Shown here: positions 48,932 to 57,979 of the stretch, one piece after another
How positions within the stretch are numbered: the first letter of the stretch is position 1
Layout of the letters: each line of letters opens with the position of its first letter
Assembly (NCBI GenBank): GCA_007130885.1
Contig: SLRQ01000042.1
Span: 1,232-65,231, forward strand
Length of the DNA: 64,000 bases
DNA from: Deltaproteobacteria bacterium
Lineage (GTDB): Bacteria; Myxococcota; Myxococcia; SLRQ01
Direction of reading: 5' to 3'
Made by a program: the position numbers and the translations under genes
Notes under the pieces: generated by a model
Seen by the model: only the letters and a program-made list of their open reading frames with translations
The model's database searches: none
What the model was told of the DNA's origin: nothing

Positions 48932-49792
48932 TTAGAAATGTGTAAGAGAACCTTCCCGGCGGGCGCGGCGTACGGCCCATGCGAAGGTAGCGAGCGAAAG
49001 AGGCAGCAGAACAGCGACGAAACCTGCTAGCACCGTGAGGGGCTGTGCCACAGCCGCGCCACCGCCGCCGAGCAGGGCTTCACGAAGCGCGCGCAGCGTA
49101 TGCGTCATAGGCAGCGCCTCCGAGACGATTTGCAGCTCCGGTGGCAGCACCTCGACGGGAAAGTAGACGCCGCCCAGGAGAATCGAGAGGCCTCCGATGG
49201 CCCACGCCACCGGATCGCCTCTCTTTAGGACCATGGTGGCGCTTGCGGATAGGATACCGAGCGCCGCGAACGCAGTGACCCCCAGAATGAGGGAAAAAGC
49301 GGCCAGCGGAAGGTTGCCGCCGGCCATCTCGGCCCCGAAGAGCAGGGCGCCGAATAGGAGGTACAAGCCGGCGCGCAGGGCCGCCGCGAAAAGCGGTTGA
49401 ATGGTTTGGCACAAAATCGCGGCGGCGGGCGAGATGGGGGTGGCAAGCACTGCTTCGAGAGTGCCGAGCACCTGTGCTTTCCGGACCTGGCGCGCGAAGC
49501 CTGCCAAAGCCTCATGTAGAAAGCTGGTTACGGCAAGGCCTATCAGGACGAACGGAAAGTACCCACCCCGGTATTGGGAGATCCCAGGCGCGGCCGACTC
49601 GACTACCTGGGAGATGAAAAAGAACAGCAACACGGTGAACAGCCCGCCGGCAAGACCGAGCATAAAGTTTGCGCGGTACGAGATCTCGGTAAGAACATCG
49701 CGGCGTACGAAGGCGCGGGCCCAGAGCCATACTCGGGACGCGCCCCCGGTCATGATCCCTTCGTCCTCGAGAGCAGGAGCGGATGGTTTCAT
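48932..49792 (-). CDS. ABC-2 type exporter permease
   Basis: Six TM segments, GTLEAVLATP, GVYFPVEVLP. Confidence 0.88.
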   Translation of the reverse strand: MKPSAPALEDEGIMTGGASRVWLWARAFVRRDVLTEISYRANFMLGLAGGLFTVLLFFFISQVVESAAPGISQYRGGYFPFVLIGLAVTSFLHEALAGFARQVRKAQVLGTLEAVLATPISPAAAILCQTIQPLFAAALRAGLYLLFGALLFGAEMAGGNLPLAAFSLILGVTAFAALGILSASATMVLKRGDPVAWAIGGLSILLGGVYFPVEVLPPELQIVSEALPMTHTLRALREALLGGGGAAVAQPLTVLAGFVAVLLPLSLATFAWAVRRARREGSLTHF

Positions 49793-50622
49793 GGGCTCCG
49801 CCTCCCCCTTGCCGCTTCTTCTCTCGAGGCGGTGACGAAGAGATGTCGTGATATGTCCTCCTCGTCTAGACCGAAGATTCCCATCACCGCCGTTGCGATA
49901 TCATCGAAAACACCTTCCGCTATGACCGCTCCCTCGTGCATTAGCGCAACCCTGTCGCAGAGGCGCCTGACCTCGGGGAGATCGTGGATGGCGTAAAGAA
50001 TGGTAAGCCCGCTATCGTCGGCTAGGTCGCGAAGCAGGCGCCGAAGACGTCTGGCGGCGCCCGGATCGAGGGCTCGTGCAACCTCATCGAGCAACAGAAC
50101 CCTCGGGCGGTGAATCATGCCCCTCGCGAGAGCCATCCTACCCCGATTGCCGCTGGAGAGCTCGCGAACGGGTCTGTCCAGCACTTCCTCAATCTCCAGG
50201 CGAGTTGCAAGCTCAGCGATACGCTGATCGGCCCGTTTCCTGGGTAAGCCGTGGAGGGCTGCAAAAAAGCGAAGGTTCTCCCTGACGGAGATGCGCCAAA
50301 AGAAGGAACGCTCTTCGGCCGTCACAAGGCCTATCATTCTTCGAGCATGCTCCGATCCGGCAGGCGAGCCCATAATCCGAGCGTCTCCCTCATCGGCCAG
50401 TACGAGGCCGGCCAGCACCTTAATCAGCGTGGTCTTCCCGGCACCGTTGGGACCGATGATGCCGACCACCTCTCCCGCCGAGGCTTCGAAGGTCACGTCC
50501 CGAAGGGCCGAGACTCTTCGGCGAGCGAAGGGTCGACGGACGGCCTCATGCAGCGGCCTTGGGCCTGTAAAGGTCTTGGTGAGGCCACTTACCTCGATGG
50601 TTCGGGTGGGGTGCGAAGCCAT
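49789..50622 (-). CDS. ABC transporter ATP-binding protein
   Basis: GPNGAGKT, LSSG signature, LLLDE, H-loop. Confidence 0.92.
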   Translation of the reverse strand: MASHPTRTIEVSGLTKTFTGPRPLHEAVRRPFARRRVSALRDVTFEASAGEVVGIIGPNGAGKTTLIKVLAGLVLADEGDARIMGSPAGSEHARRMIGLVTAEERSFFWRISVRENLRFFAALHGLPRKRADQRIAELATRLEIEEVLDRPVRELSSGNRGRMALARGMIHRPRVLLLDEVARALDPGAARRLRRLLRDLADDSGLTILYAIHDLPEVRRLCDRVALMHEGAVIAEGVFDDIATAVMGIFGLDEEDISRHLFVTASREEAARGRRSP

Positions 50623-50739
50623 ACAGGAGCATCTAACACGGACCAGGTGTTCAAAGCTTCCGCTTCAAACACCGTGCCGAATGTCCAGGCAAGTGATCGT
50701 GTTCATCGAGCGAAAGTCGAGGCTGTGGGAGGTTCTTCT

Positions 50740-52131
50740 TCAAGCGTCCTGCCGGAATCCGCGGCGAAGCAATAAGAACGCTGCCTGCAGGAACACGAAA
50801 AACAGCACTAGGCCGGCGCCGGCGGAAGAGCCGGCGGGTATCGCACAGCCGCACGAAGCAGTGGGTGGTGGGTCGGTGCCAGGGCCCGGACCCGTCCCAG
50901 GGGCACCGCTCCCATTGTCCTCGCCGTTGTCTTCACCGTTCTCGCCGTTGTCTTCACCGTTCTCGCCGTTGTCTTCGCCGTTCTCGCCGTTGTCTTCGCC
51001 GTTGTCCTCGCCGTTGTCCTCGCCGTTGTCTTCGCCGTTGTCCTCGCCGTTGTCTTCGCCGTTGTCTTCGCCGTTGTCCTCGCCGTTGTCCTCGCCGTTG
51101 TCTTCGCCGTTGTCCTCGCCGTTGTCCTCGCCGTTGTCCTCGCCGTTGTCTTCGCCGTTGTCCTCGCCGTTGGGACATACGGCGTCGACGGGAAATCCGC
51201 TGGCTTTAAGGTCCTTGATTCGCCCGTCATTAACAGCGTCGTCACCGCCCAGCCAGCCGACCACTTCTTGGTCGCAAAGGAGCACGTGGTCCAAGGTCGC
51301 GAATGCATATTGGCGGAAGATCTCATGCACCTCCGGATCGGCTATTCCACACTGGGCAAGCAGGACATTACAGTCACTTGTGGGTGACTCGGGATCACAG
51401 TGATCGGCGTCCGTGACTCGAAGGTGCAGTCTTGCTCCAACAAGATGGTCGTAGATTGGCGAGCCGTTCCCATTGTCGTTGCACATGTCCGGCTCGGCCA
51501 TCAGCAAGGCTACCGTGGCCGTCACCGAGTTGGCAGCCGATAGGCCTTCGCTGCTGCGTCCGTCGACGAGATCCAGGCCTACCACCACGTCAATGGTCGG
51601 GTCCGACGCGGCCGCCAGCAAGCAGGACAAACCGCCGGCGCTATGGCCGACCGCGCCCCGGCGGTCTTCATCGACCTTGCCCTCCAAGACCGACCCCGGG
51701 GTCTGGCCCTGCTCCGCCATCCAATCGAGAAGCGCGGACACGATGCGCCCATTCTTGGCATGGTCAGTCCCCATCAGACCACCCGGAAAGTCGGGAACGG
51801 CCACCACGTACCCTCGCTGGGCGAGTATGTCCCCCCACGGTGCGACATCGTCACGTGAACGTTGGAAGCCGTGCGCAACGGTAATGATAGGGGCGGGCTC
51901 CATAGCGTCAGGCACGAACACATCGAAAGTTATCGACTCTCCCTCCATGTCGACCGTCTCTGTGTGTACTTCCACGCCTGCCACGAGGCTTGCCGGAAGG
52001 AGGGCCATGGCGACGGCCAGCGTGATGGCTCTTACCGGCAATCCTGTCCCGATTCGTGAAGAATCTCCCCCTATGCCGGATGGTCGGTTGGTTTCGAGAT
52101 AGCGGCCGATTGCGCTTGCGATATCGATCAT
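50740..52131 (-). CDS. Secreted alpha/beta hydrolase (chlorophyllase/cutinase-like) with (EDNG)n stalk and MYXO-CTERM-like sorting tail
   Basis: HGF oxyanion motif, GHSAGG nucleophile elbow, DHCD His, repeat linker, ASCGCA...hydrophobic helix...RR tail. True start probably downstream of 52131. Confidence 0.82.
   Translation of the reverse strand: MIDIASAIGRYLETNRPSGIGGDSSRIGTGLPVRAITLAVAMALLPASLVAGVEVHTETVDMEGESITFDVFVPDAMEPAPIITVAHGFQRSRDDVAPWGDILAQRGYVVAVPDFPGGLMGTDHAKNGRIVSALLDWMAEQGQTPGSVLEGKVDEDRRGAVGHSAGGLSCLLAAASDPTIDVVVGLDLVDGRSSEGLSAANSVTATVALLMAEPDMCNDNGNGSPIYDHLVGARLHLRVTDADHCDPESPTSDCNVLLAQCGIADPEVHEIFRQYAFATLDHVLLCDQEVVGWLGGDDAVNDGRIKDLKASGFPVDAVCPNGEDNGEDNGEDNGEDNGEDNGEDNGEDNGEDNGEDNGEDNGEDNGEDNGEDNGEDNGEDNGENGEDNGENGEDNGENGEDNGEDNGSGAPGTGPGPGTDPPPTASCGCAIPAGSSAGAGLVLFFVFLQAAFLLLRRGFRQDA
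50912..51171 (-). repeat. 12-bp tandem repeat (GGC GAR GAC AAC; Glu-Asp-Asn-Gly), ~19 copies plus three 9-bp ENG variants
   Basis: Directly visible as ccgttgtc[ct]tcg units on the + strand; in frame within the hydrolase. Confidence 0.97.
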
Positions 52132-52195
52132 TTTTTGTCCCCGATGATGCAGCCGAAGATGGCGGCTCCAATTCTAGAGTATTCAGCTAACACCC

Positions 52196-53257
52196 CTAAT
52201 CCAGCCCGTAGCGCGGGTTCTGCCAGCGGCGAACAGCCCGGCTGTGACAGGCGTAGTCAGCGCAGAACTCGTGCGTTCCATCGTTTCTAGACACGAAGAA
52301 ATAGTAGGGGCAGTCCGGCGGGTTCAGTGCCGCCTCGAGAGAGGCTTTTCCAGGTGACGCGATAGGTCCAGGAGGCAGACCCCGATTTACGTATGTGTTG
52401 TAGGGGTGAGACATCTCGAGGTCGACACGTCTTATTCGTCCATCCCACTTTCCGGTGCTCAAAATCTTGGCGTAAATCACAGTCGGATCCGTCTGAAGCC
52501 GCCACCCTTCCCGGAGCCGGTTATGAAAGACGCAGGCGACGAGATGACGTTCGTCGGGGCTGCCGGTTTCCTTCTCTATTATCGACGCCAGGGTGACGGC
52601 TTCGTGCCTTGTCAGCTCTATGCCGTCGCGACGCTGCGCATCCGCGGCATTCCAGGCTTCCTCGAAGCTGGACACCGTGGTCTGTAGGATTTGGTTCGGA
52701 GAGAATTCTCCAGGCATGTGGTAAGTCGTGGGGAAGACGTAGCCTTCCAGCGAGTCGGCCTCTATGCCGTGACTTCTTGCGGTTCGAGGATCCATGGCAA
52801 GCTCCAGCAGCTCGTCGGCGCCGGCCAGGCCCGCTTCCTCGAACAGCGGCATTATCTCATCTAGCCTCAAGCCCTCCGGGATCGTCACCCGGAACAGCCG
52901 CACTCTGCCCTCGACTATTCTTTCCAGCACATCGCCAGGTTTGTGGGGGCCCTCGAACAGATACTCGCCAGCCTGGATGCGGTGGCCGAGATCCTCCACC
53001 CGGTGCGCCCAAAAATAGAAGACACTACCAAGAAGCGGTAGATCCCTGTCCTCAATCAATTCGGCTGCTTCCAGTTGCCGCCCCAGCGCCCGAAGGGATG
53101 TCCCTCTCTCCACGACGATGCTAGCGACTCCGCCTGGAGGGGTGACGGGGGTCTCCAGGAAGGCCCGGTATTGGCCGGCGCCCCACAGCGCTACCCCGCC
53201 TCCCGCGATTAGGGTGACGAGGGCTAGCACGAGGATGCTGATCGCGATGCGCTTCAT
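52196..53257 (-). CDS. mltG: Endolytic transglycosylase MltG
   Basis: TM anchor, TIPEG, LEGYVFPTTY, ASIIEKET, LQTDPTV, YNTY...GLPPGPI. Confidence 0.95.
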   Translation of the reverse strand: MKRIAISILVLALVTLIAGGGVALWGAGQYRAFLETPVTPPGGVASIVVERGTSLRALGRQLEAAELIEDRDLPLLGSVFYFWAHRVEDLGHRIQAGEYLFEGPHKPGDVLERIVEGRVRLFRVTIPEGLRLDEIMPLFEEAGLAGADELLELAMDPRTARSHGIEADSLEGYVFPTTYHMPGEFSPNQILQTTVSSFEEAWNAADAQRRDGIELTRHEAVTLASIIEKETGSPDERHLVACVFHNRLREGWRLQTDPTVIYAKILSTGKWDGRIRRVDLEMSHPYNTYVNRGLPPGPIASPGKASLEAALNPPDCPYYFFVSRNDGTHEFCADYACHSRAVRRWQNPRYGLD

Positions 53258-53467
53258 GGGGTTTGGACGGCGAAAGCGTAGTGTCCGAGACGGTAGCGGG
53301 TCAACTTCGTTTGGGAGGAATGAGTTCGGAGTTGGCGAGCGAGGATATGTGGCGAGGGAATCTATCAGCGTTTGGCGCTGGTTTTCTTGTCCGTTTGTCG
53401 GACTCCTGGTCCGGTTTCAGTACCGCCTCAGCGGGCTTCTTGTAGTTGTTTCAGGTGCTTGGAAGTT

Positions 53468-53483
53468 TGGCATGGAATGAGCA
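53468..53483 (+). promoter_or_regulatory. Possible sigma54 (-24/-12) promoter
   Basis: TGGCATG-gaat-GAGCA, GG-N10-GC spacing, ~100 bp upstream of ATG 53583. Confidence 0.45.
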
Positions 53484-53582
53484 CTTACTGCTTGGCACGT
53501 CGGGAGAGGATGTTTCGCTCCGGGCGGCTAGGTGAGCAACGTTTCGACTAACGAGGGCCATGGGCCCAATGGAGGGGAAAGC

Positions 53583-54311
53583 ATGAATGTCTTGAATGCA
53601 ATATCCGGCCTCGATCCGCGCGCCCTGGTGGGCAACTTGGTCCAGGATACGGTGGGCGGTCTAACCGGCAATGACGCTCTAGGACGGGCGGCGGGCCTGG
53701 TAGCCGACATCAAAACCGGCAACTTGTTCGGCGCTATTCAGCGAGGCGGAGAGCTGGTGCAGAACTCGTTCTCGGACATCCGAGCCGAGGTCGATCTGCG
53801 GTGGGGTCCGGGAGCTCATCTCCGGCTTGGCGGCACCCCCGTTCAAGTGGCGGAGAGCTGCCCAGCTCCCGAAAAAGGGCAGGGCGTTGAGCTCAACGTG
53901 TCCATGGGCTTGTTCGGTTGGAGCATGAACGTGCGTATGTTCGGTGGAGACGATGCCGGAAGCGATATGGGGAATCCGGCCTCGGTAGGCGCAAGCGACG
54001 GCATGAAAGGAATCCTGAACGATCCCTCTCTTTCGCTGGAAGCCAAGGTGGCGTTGCTGTTCGCCGACCTCATCGATGATCTCGATGAGCAGATCGAAGG
54101 CAAGCTTGGCGACCTGGACAATGCATCTCGGGCACAGCAGCAGGACAAGGCATCGGGTGGTGATGGGGAGTCGGCCGGCAATGACCTGAACCGCATATCG
54201 ACGGAGGTTCAGATGCTCATGCAGAAGCGCAGTCAGATGTATGGGCTGCAGTCCAACATGATGGCCATGTTCAACGATGTCTCGACGCAGATCATCAACA
54301 ACGTCCGCTAA
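53583..54311 (+). CDS. Hypothetical protein with T3SS tip/filament-like (EspA/Bsp22-like) C-terminal helix
   Basis: No signal peptide; C-terminus DLNRISTEVQMLMQKRSQMYGLQSNMMAMFNDVSTQIINNVR; GGAGG RBS before ATG 53583. Confidence 0.55.
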   Translation: MNVLNAISGLDPRALVGNLVQDTVGGLTGNDALGRAAGLVADIKTGNLFGAIQRGGELVQNSFSDIRAEVDLRWGPGAHLRLGGTPVQVAESCPAPEKGQGVELNVSMGLFGWSMNVRMFGGDDAGSDMGNPASVGASDGMKGILNDPSLSLEAKVALLFADLIDDLDEQIEGKLGDLDNASRAQQQDKASGGDGESAGNDLNRISTEVQMLMQKRSQMYGLQSNMMAMFNDVSTQIINNVR

Positions 54312-54324
54312 ATTGGAGGCCGCC

Positions 54325-54864
54325 ATGGAAAACTTGAAAACCGTAGTCAGAAATGAAAATCGATCTCGCCGGCGAGCGGCCGTGACGGGGAACGACCGGG
54401 CGCTTTTACGGCGTTTCTTGCGGCGAGAGATAACATTCGCGCAGCTCGAGGGCATGACCGCCGACGATGCTCTGAAGCTGGCCGAGACAGGCCACGGATA
54501 CTTCCGTGCCGGTCGTCTGGGCGAAGCACGAACGATATTCGAGGGGCTGGCAGCCGTGAACCATCTCGACCCATATCCGCGGCAGGTTCTCGGTGCGATC
54601 TGCGAGCGTCAGGATGACCCTGATGGTGCGCGTGGCCACTATGACGTATGCTTGTCCCTTGTGGGGGAGAACCCGTGGGCACTTGCGAGGCGGGGTGAGA
54701 TCAGAGTGCGGGCCGGCGACATCGAGGGAGGGGTGGCCGACCTGGCGAAGGCTTGTGAGCTGGATGGTGAAGTCAAGCTGATTACTACGGCGCGGGCCCG
54801 GCTAATCCTCACCAGACTTGCCGAGACCGCTCGCAATACCGGTACCGGCAAGCCCGTCGTATGA
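54325..54864 (+). CDS. SycD/LcrH-like TPR chaperone
   Basis: AQLEGMT...LAETGHGYFRAGRLGEARTIFEGLAAVNHLDPY followed by TPRs; GGAGG RBS. Confidence 0.65.
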   Translation: MENLKTVVRNENRSRRRAAVTGNDRALLRRFLRREITFAQLEGMTADDALKLAETGHGYFRAGRLGEARTIFEGLAAVNHLDPYPRQVLGAICERQDDPDGARGHYDVCLSLVGENPWALARRGEIRVRAGDIEGGVADLAKACELDGEVKLITTARARLILTRLAETARNTGTGKPVV

Positions 54865-54910
54865 TCGCCGGTGGCACCCATTGTTTTTGGGGATGGCGGC
54901 CGGCGTTTGA

Positions 54911-54939
54911 TTGACTTGCCGGCCGCCAGCGCGTAGAAA
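54911..54939 (+). promoter_or_regulatory. Probable sigma70 promoter of rpsO-pnp
   Basis: TTGACT-17 bp-TAGAAA. Confidence 0.5.
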
Positions 54940-55066
54940 CCTTGTCGGTTCGGGACGATTTGCCCGGCCGAAGATGTTTGGTGATTAGTAACGAATACTA
55001 GCGCCCCGGATTCGGCGCCGGCTCAAGTGGGCCGGGGGGCTGGACCGAGGGTAAGAGGAGAAAGGG

Positions 55067-55339
55067 ATGGCCCTTCATCCAACACAGAAGACGGAGATCA
55101 TAGAGAAGTTCAAGACCCACGAAGGTGATACCGGATCGCCGGAGGTTCAGATTGCGCTGCTGACGGAGCGGATTCAGTACCTTACGGAGCACTTCAAGCG
55201 GCACAAGAAGGATCACCATTCGAGGCGAGGTCTTCTCAAGCTGGTCGCCCAGCGTCGACATCTCCTCGATTATCTTCGCAAGCAAGACTTGCAACGTTTC
55301 AGGAGCATCACCAAGACCCTCAAAATCAGGGCCAGATAG
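55067..55339 (+). CDS. rpsO: 30S ribosomal protein S15
   Basis: [24 protein letters not shown]. Confidence 0.98.
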   Translation: MALHPTQKTEIIEKFKTHEGDTGSPEVQIALLTERIQYLTEHFKRHKKDHHSRRGLLKLVAQRRHLLDYLRKQDLQRFRSITKTLKIRAR

Positions 55340-55590
55340 TCACGGGGCGCTGATTGCGCCCCCAGGACAACAGAGAAGAGCAACACCTTGTGCGTCATTG
55401 CGCGGGGGATCCTTGAGAGAGGTTGCGAACTTCGGTTTTTGTTCGAGTTCGTCGAGCGACTGGGACTTTCGACGAGCACGCACAGGAACTGAAGCGCAAT
55501 GGTCTCGTAGGGCTTCACCCGCTTGAGGCGCCTTCATACAAGCGGAATGAGGCGGCAACTCCAAGACCTTTCTCATTCCAGGAGAGACCA

Positions 55591-57900
55591 ATGCCACGAC
55601 CTGAAGGTATTACGCTAACCGCGCAATTCGGCGGTAGAGAGTTTTCGATTACTACCGGACGCTATGCCAGGCAGTCAGCCGGCTCCATCTGGATCCGCTA
55701 TGGCGACAACGTCGTCATGGTCAACGCCAACCGAGAACCCAACCCTAGGATCGGCGCTGACTTTCTGCCTTTGACGGTCAACTACGAGGAGAAGCTCGCG
55801 GGAGGCGGCCGAATTCCAGGGTCGTTCTTTCGCCGGGAAGGTCGACCGACCGAGAAGGAAACGCTGACGTCGAGGATCGTCGATCGCGCGATCCGCCCTT
55901 TGTTCGATGAAGGATGGGCCCACGAGACGCAAGTCATCGCCGGCGTCTTCTCGTTCGATCAGGAGAACGAGCCGGATTTCCTTGCGTTGACGGGAGCCTC
56001 GGCCGTTCTTTGCATGAGCGACATCGGATATCGTGTGCCCATAGCGGGCGTTCGCGTCGGGCGCATTGACGGTGAGCTTGTCGTCAACCCCACTTTCGAG
56101 CAACGCGACAAGGGTGATCTGGACCTCATCGTTGCCGCCAGCAGGGATGCCATTGTCATGGTGGAGGGTGGTGCCGAGGAGATCGGTGAGGACGTAATGG
56201 TCGAAGCCCTCGAGCTAGGCAAGAAGGCATGCTTGCCCCTCATCGAGATGCAGGAGAAGCTGGTCGAGACCGTCGGCAAGGAGAAGCTGCCCATCGTTGT
56301 GGAGCCCCTGCCCGAGGAGATCCGGTCCGGGGTGCGGGACCACGCCTGGCCCCTGCTGGCCGAGGCATTTTCAATCCCCGACAAGAATGAGCGCTACGCT
56401 GCCTTGGGTGAACTCAAGAAGAAAGTCCTCGAGCATTTCGCCGAGCAGGTCGGCGAAGGTTGGGAGGAGCAGGAAGCTCTTTACAAAGAGGCGCTTTCGG
56501 AAGCCAGGCGCGAGTACCCTCGAAGCATGATTCTGCGGGATCGCCGCCGCATCGGTGAACGCGGACCCGCCGATGTGCGTGAGATCTGGTGTGAGGTGGG
56601 TGTTCTGCCGCGGGTTCACGGCTCGTCCATTTTCACCCGGGGCGAGACCCAGGCTCTCTGCTCGGTGACGCTTGGGACCGGCCAGGACGAGCAGCGAATC
56701 GAGGGCTTGACCGGCATGAGCTTCAAGAACTTCATGCTGCACTACAACTTCCCTCCGTACTGCGTGGGAGAGGTGCGGCGTTTCATGGGGGTCGGAAGGC
56801 GCGAGGTTGGACACGGAGTGCTCGCGGAGCGAGCCATACAGAACGCCATACCGGAGAAAGGCGAGGGCTTTCCGTACACGGTTCGGGTGGTTTCCGATAT
56901 TACGGAGTCGAACGGCTCCTCTTCCATGGCATCGGTGTGCGGAGCAACTCTCGCGCTGATGGACGCCGGAGTGCCCATCAGCTCGCCGGTGGCAGGCATT
57001 GCCATGGGCCTCATAATGGAGGGAGAGGACTATGTAGTTCTCTCGGATATCCTGGGGGACGAGGATCATCTCGGTGACATGGACTTCAAGGTCTGTGGGA
57101 CCGAGAAGGGCATCACGTCCATACAGATGGACATCAAGTGCCCCGGGCTCACCCGAGACATCATGGCCGAGGCTCTGCACCAAGCGCGTGAGGGAAGGCT
57201 CCACATTCTCGGTGAGATGGCCCGAACACTGGAGACCCCGCGTCCCGAGCTTTCCGAGTGGGCTCCCCGCATCGAGACCATAAAGGTCAAGCCGGAGCGC
57301 ATCAAGGACGTCATCGGTCCCGGTGGCAAGGTAATCCGTGATATTACCGCCCGCACCAACACCAACATCGAGATTGAGGACAGCGGCGAGGTGCGCATTG
57401 CTTCTCCCAACGCCGCCGACGTAGAGGCCGCCATCAAGCTCATCAGTGAGCTTACAGCGGAGCCCGAAATAGACAAGATCTACACGGGAACCGTGCGCAA
57501 AATCATGGACTTCGGTGCTTTCGTGGAGATTCTCCCTGGGAAGGACGGGCTGCTGCACATCTCCGAGCTGGCCGACCACCGCGTGGCCCAGGTCACCGAT
57601 GTGCTAAGCGAAGGCGATGAGGTCATGGTGAAGGTCCTTTCCGTTGACCGGCAAGGCAAGGTCCGCCTCTCGCGTAAGGAGGCATTGGCCGAAACCGCCG
57701 GAGAAGGCGCGGATGGTAATGGGCATCGCCCCTCTGGAGACGTCGAGGAAGCCGATACGGAAGGTGACGGTCCCGGTGAGAAGGAGACCGAGCTCAAGGC
57801 TGACCAGGGTGGAAAAGATGACGATAAGGACTCCGATGGACGCCGCCGCGGTAGGCGAAGGCGAAGGCGGGGTCCGCCTCGGCGCGACGACAAGAGCTAA
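55591..57900 (+). CDS. pnp: Polyribonucleotide nucleotidyltransferase (PNPase)
   Basis: [44 protein letters not shown] (VIGPGGK) and S1 domains; rpsO-pnp synteny. Confidence 0.98.
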   Translation: MPRPEGITLTAQFGGREFSITTGRYARQSAGSIWIRYGDNVVMVNANREPNPRIGADFLPLTVNYEEKLAGGGRIPGSFFRREGRPTEKETLTSRIVDRAIRPLFDEGWAHETQVIAGVFSFDQENEPDFLALTGASAVLCMSDIGYRVPIAGVRVGRIDGELVVNPTFEQRDKGDLDLIVAASRDAIVMVEGGAEEIGEDVMVEALELGKKACLPLIEMQEKLVETVGKEKLPIVVEPLPEEIRSGVRDHAWPLLAEAFSIPDKNERYAALGELKKKVLEHFAEQVGEGWEEQEALYKEALSEARREYPRSMILRDRRRIGERGPADVREIWCEVGVLPRVHGSSIFTRGETQALCSVTLGTGQDEQRIEGLTGMSFKNFMLHYNFPPYCVGEVRRFMGVGRREVGHGVLAERAIQNAIPEKGEGFPYTVRVVSDITESNGSSSMASVCGATLALMDAGVPISSPVAGIAMGLIMEGEDYVVLSDILGDEDHLGDMDFKVCGTEKGITSIQMDIKCPGLTRDIMAEALHQAREGRLHILGEMARTLETPRPELSEWAPRIETIKVKPERIKDVIGPGGKVIRDITARTNTNIEIEDSGEVRIASPNAADVEAAIKLISELTAEPEIDKIYTGTVRKIMDFGAFVEILPGKDGLLHISELADHRVAQVTDVLSEGDEVMVKVLSVDRQGKVRLSRKEALAETAGEGADGNGHRPSGDVEEADTEGDGPGEKETELKADQGGKDDDKDSDGRRRGRRRRRRGPPRRDDKS

Positions 57901-57923
57901 GTAAAGCTGAAGCCAAACCAACC

Positions 57924-57956
57924 AAAAAGGGCCGGGCAAACGAGATGCCCGGCCCT
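57924..57956 (-). terminator. Intrinsic terminator between convergent pnp and lipoprotein genes
   Basis: 11-bp stem agggccgggca/tgcccggccct with an A5 tract on the left (U-tract on the minus strand). Confidence 0.75.
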
Positions 57957-57979
57957 GGTTCGTCAGGTTCCCTTGGCAA

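Noticed and set aside
50912-51171. Tandem repeat as a CRISPR array, or the Arg-, Thr- and Ser-rich ORFs in other frames
   Set aside because: 12-bp units with no spacers and no cas genes; variation is at synonymous positions of the EDNG frame, so the other frames are shadows.
56371-57579. 402-aa antisense ORF
   Set aside because: Mirror of pnp, expected from high-GC codon bias; no motifs.
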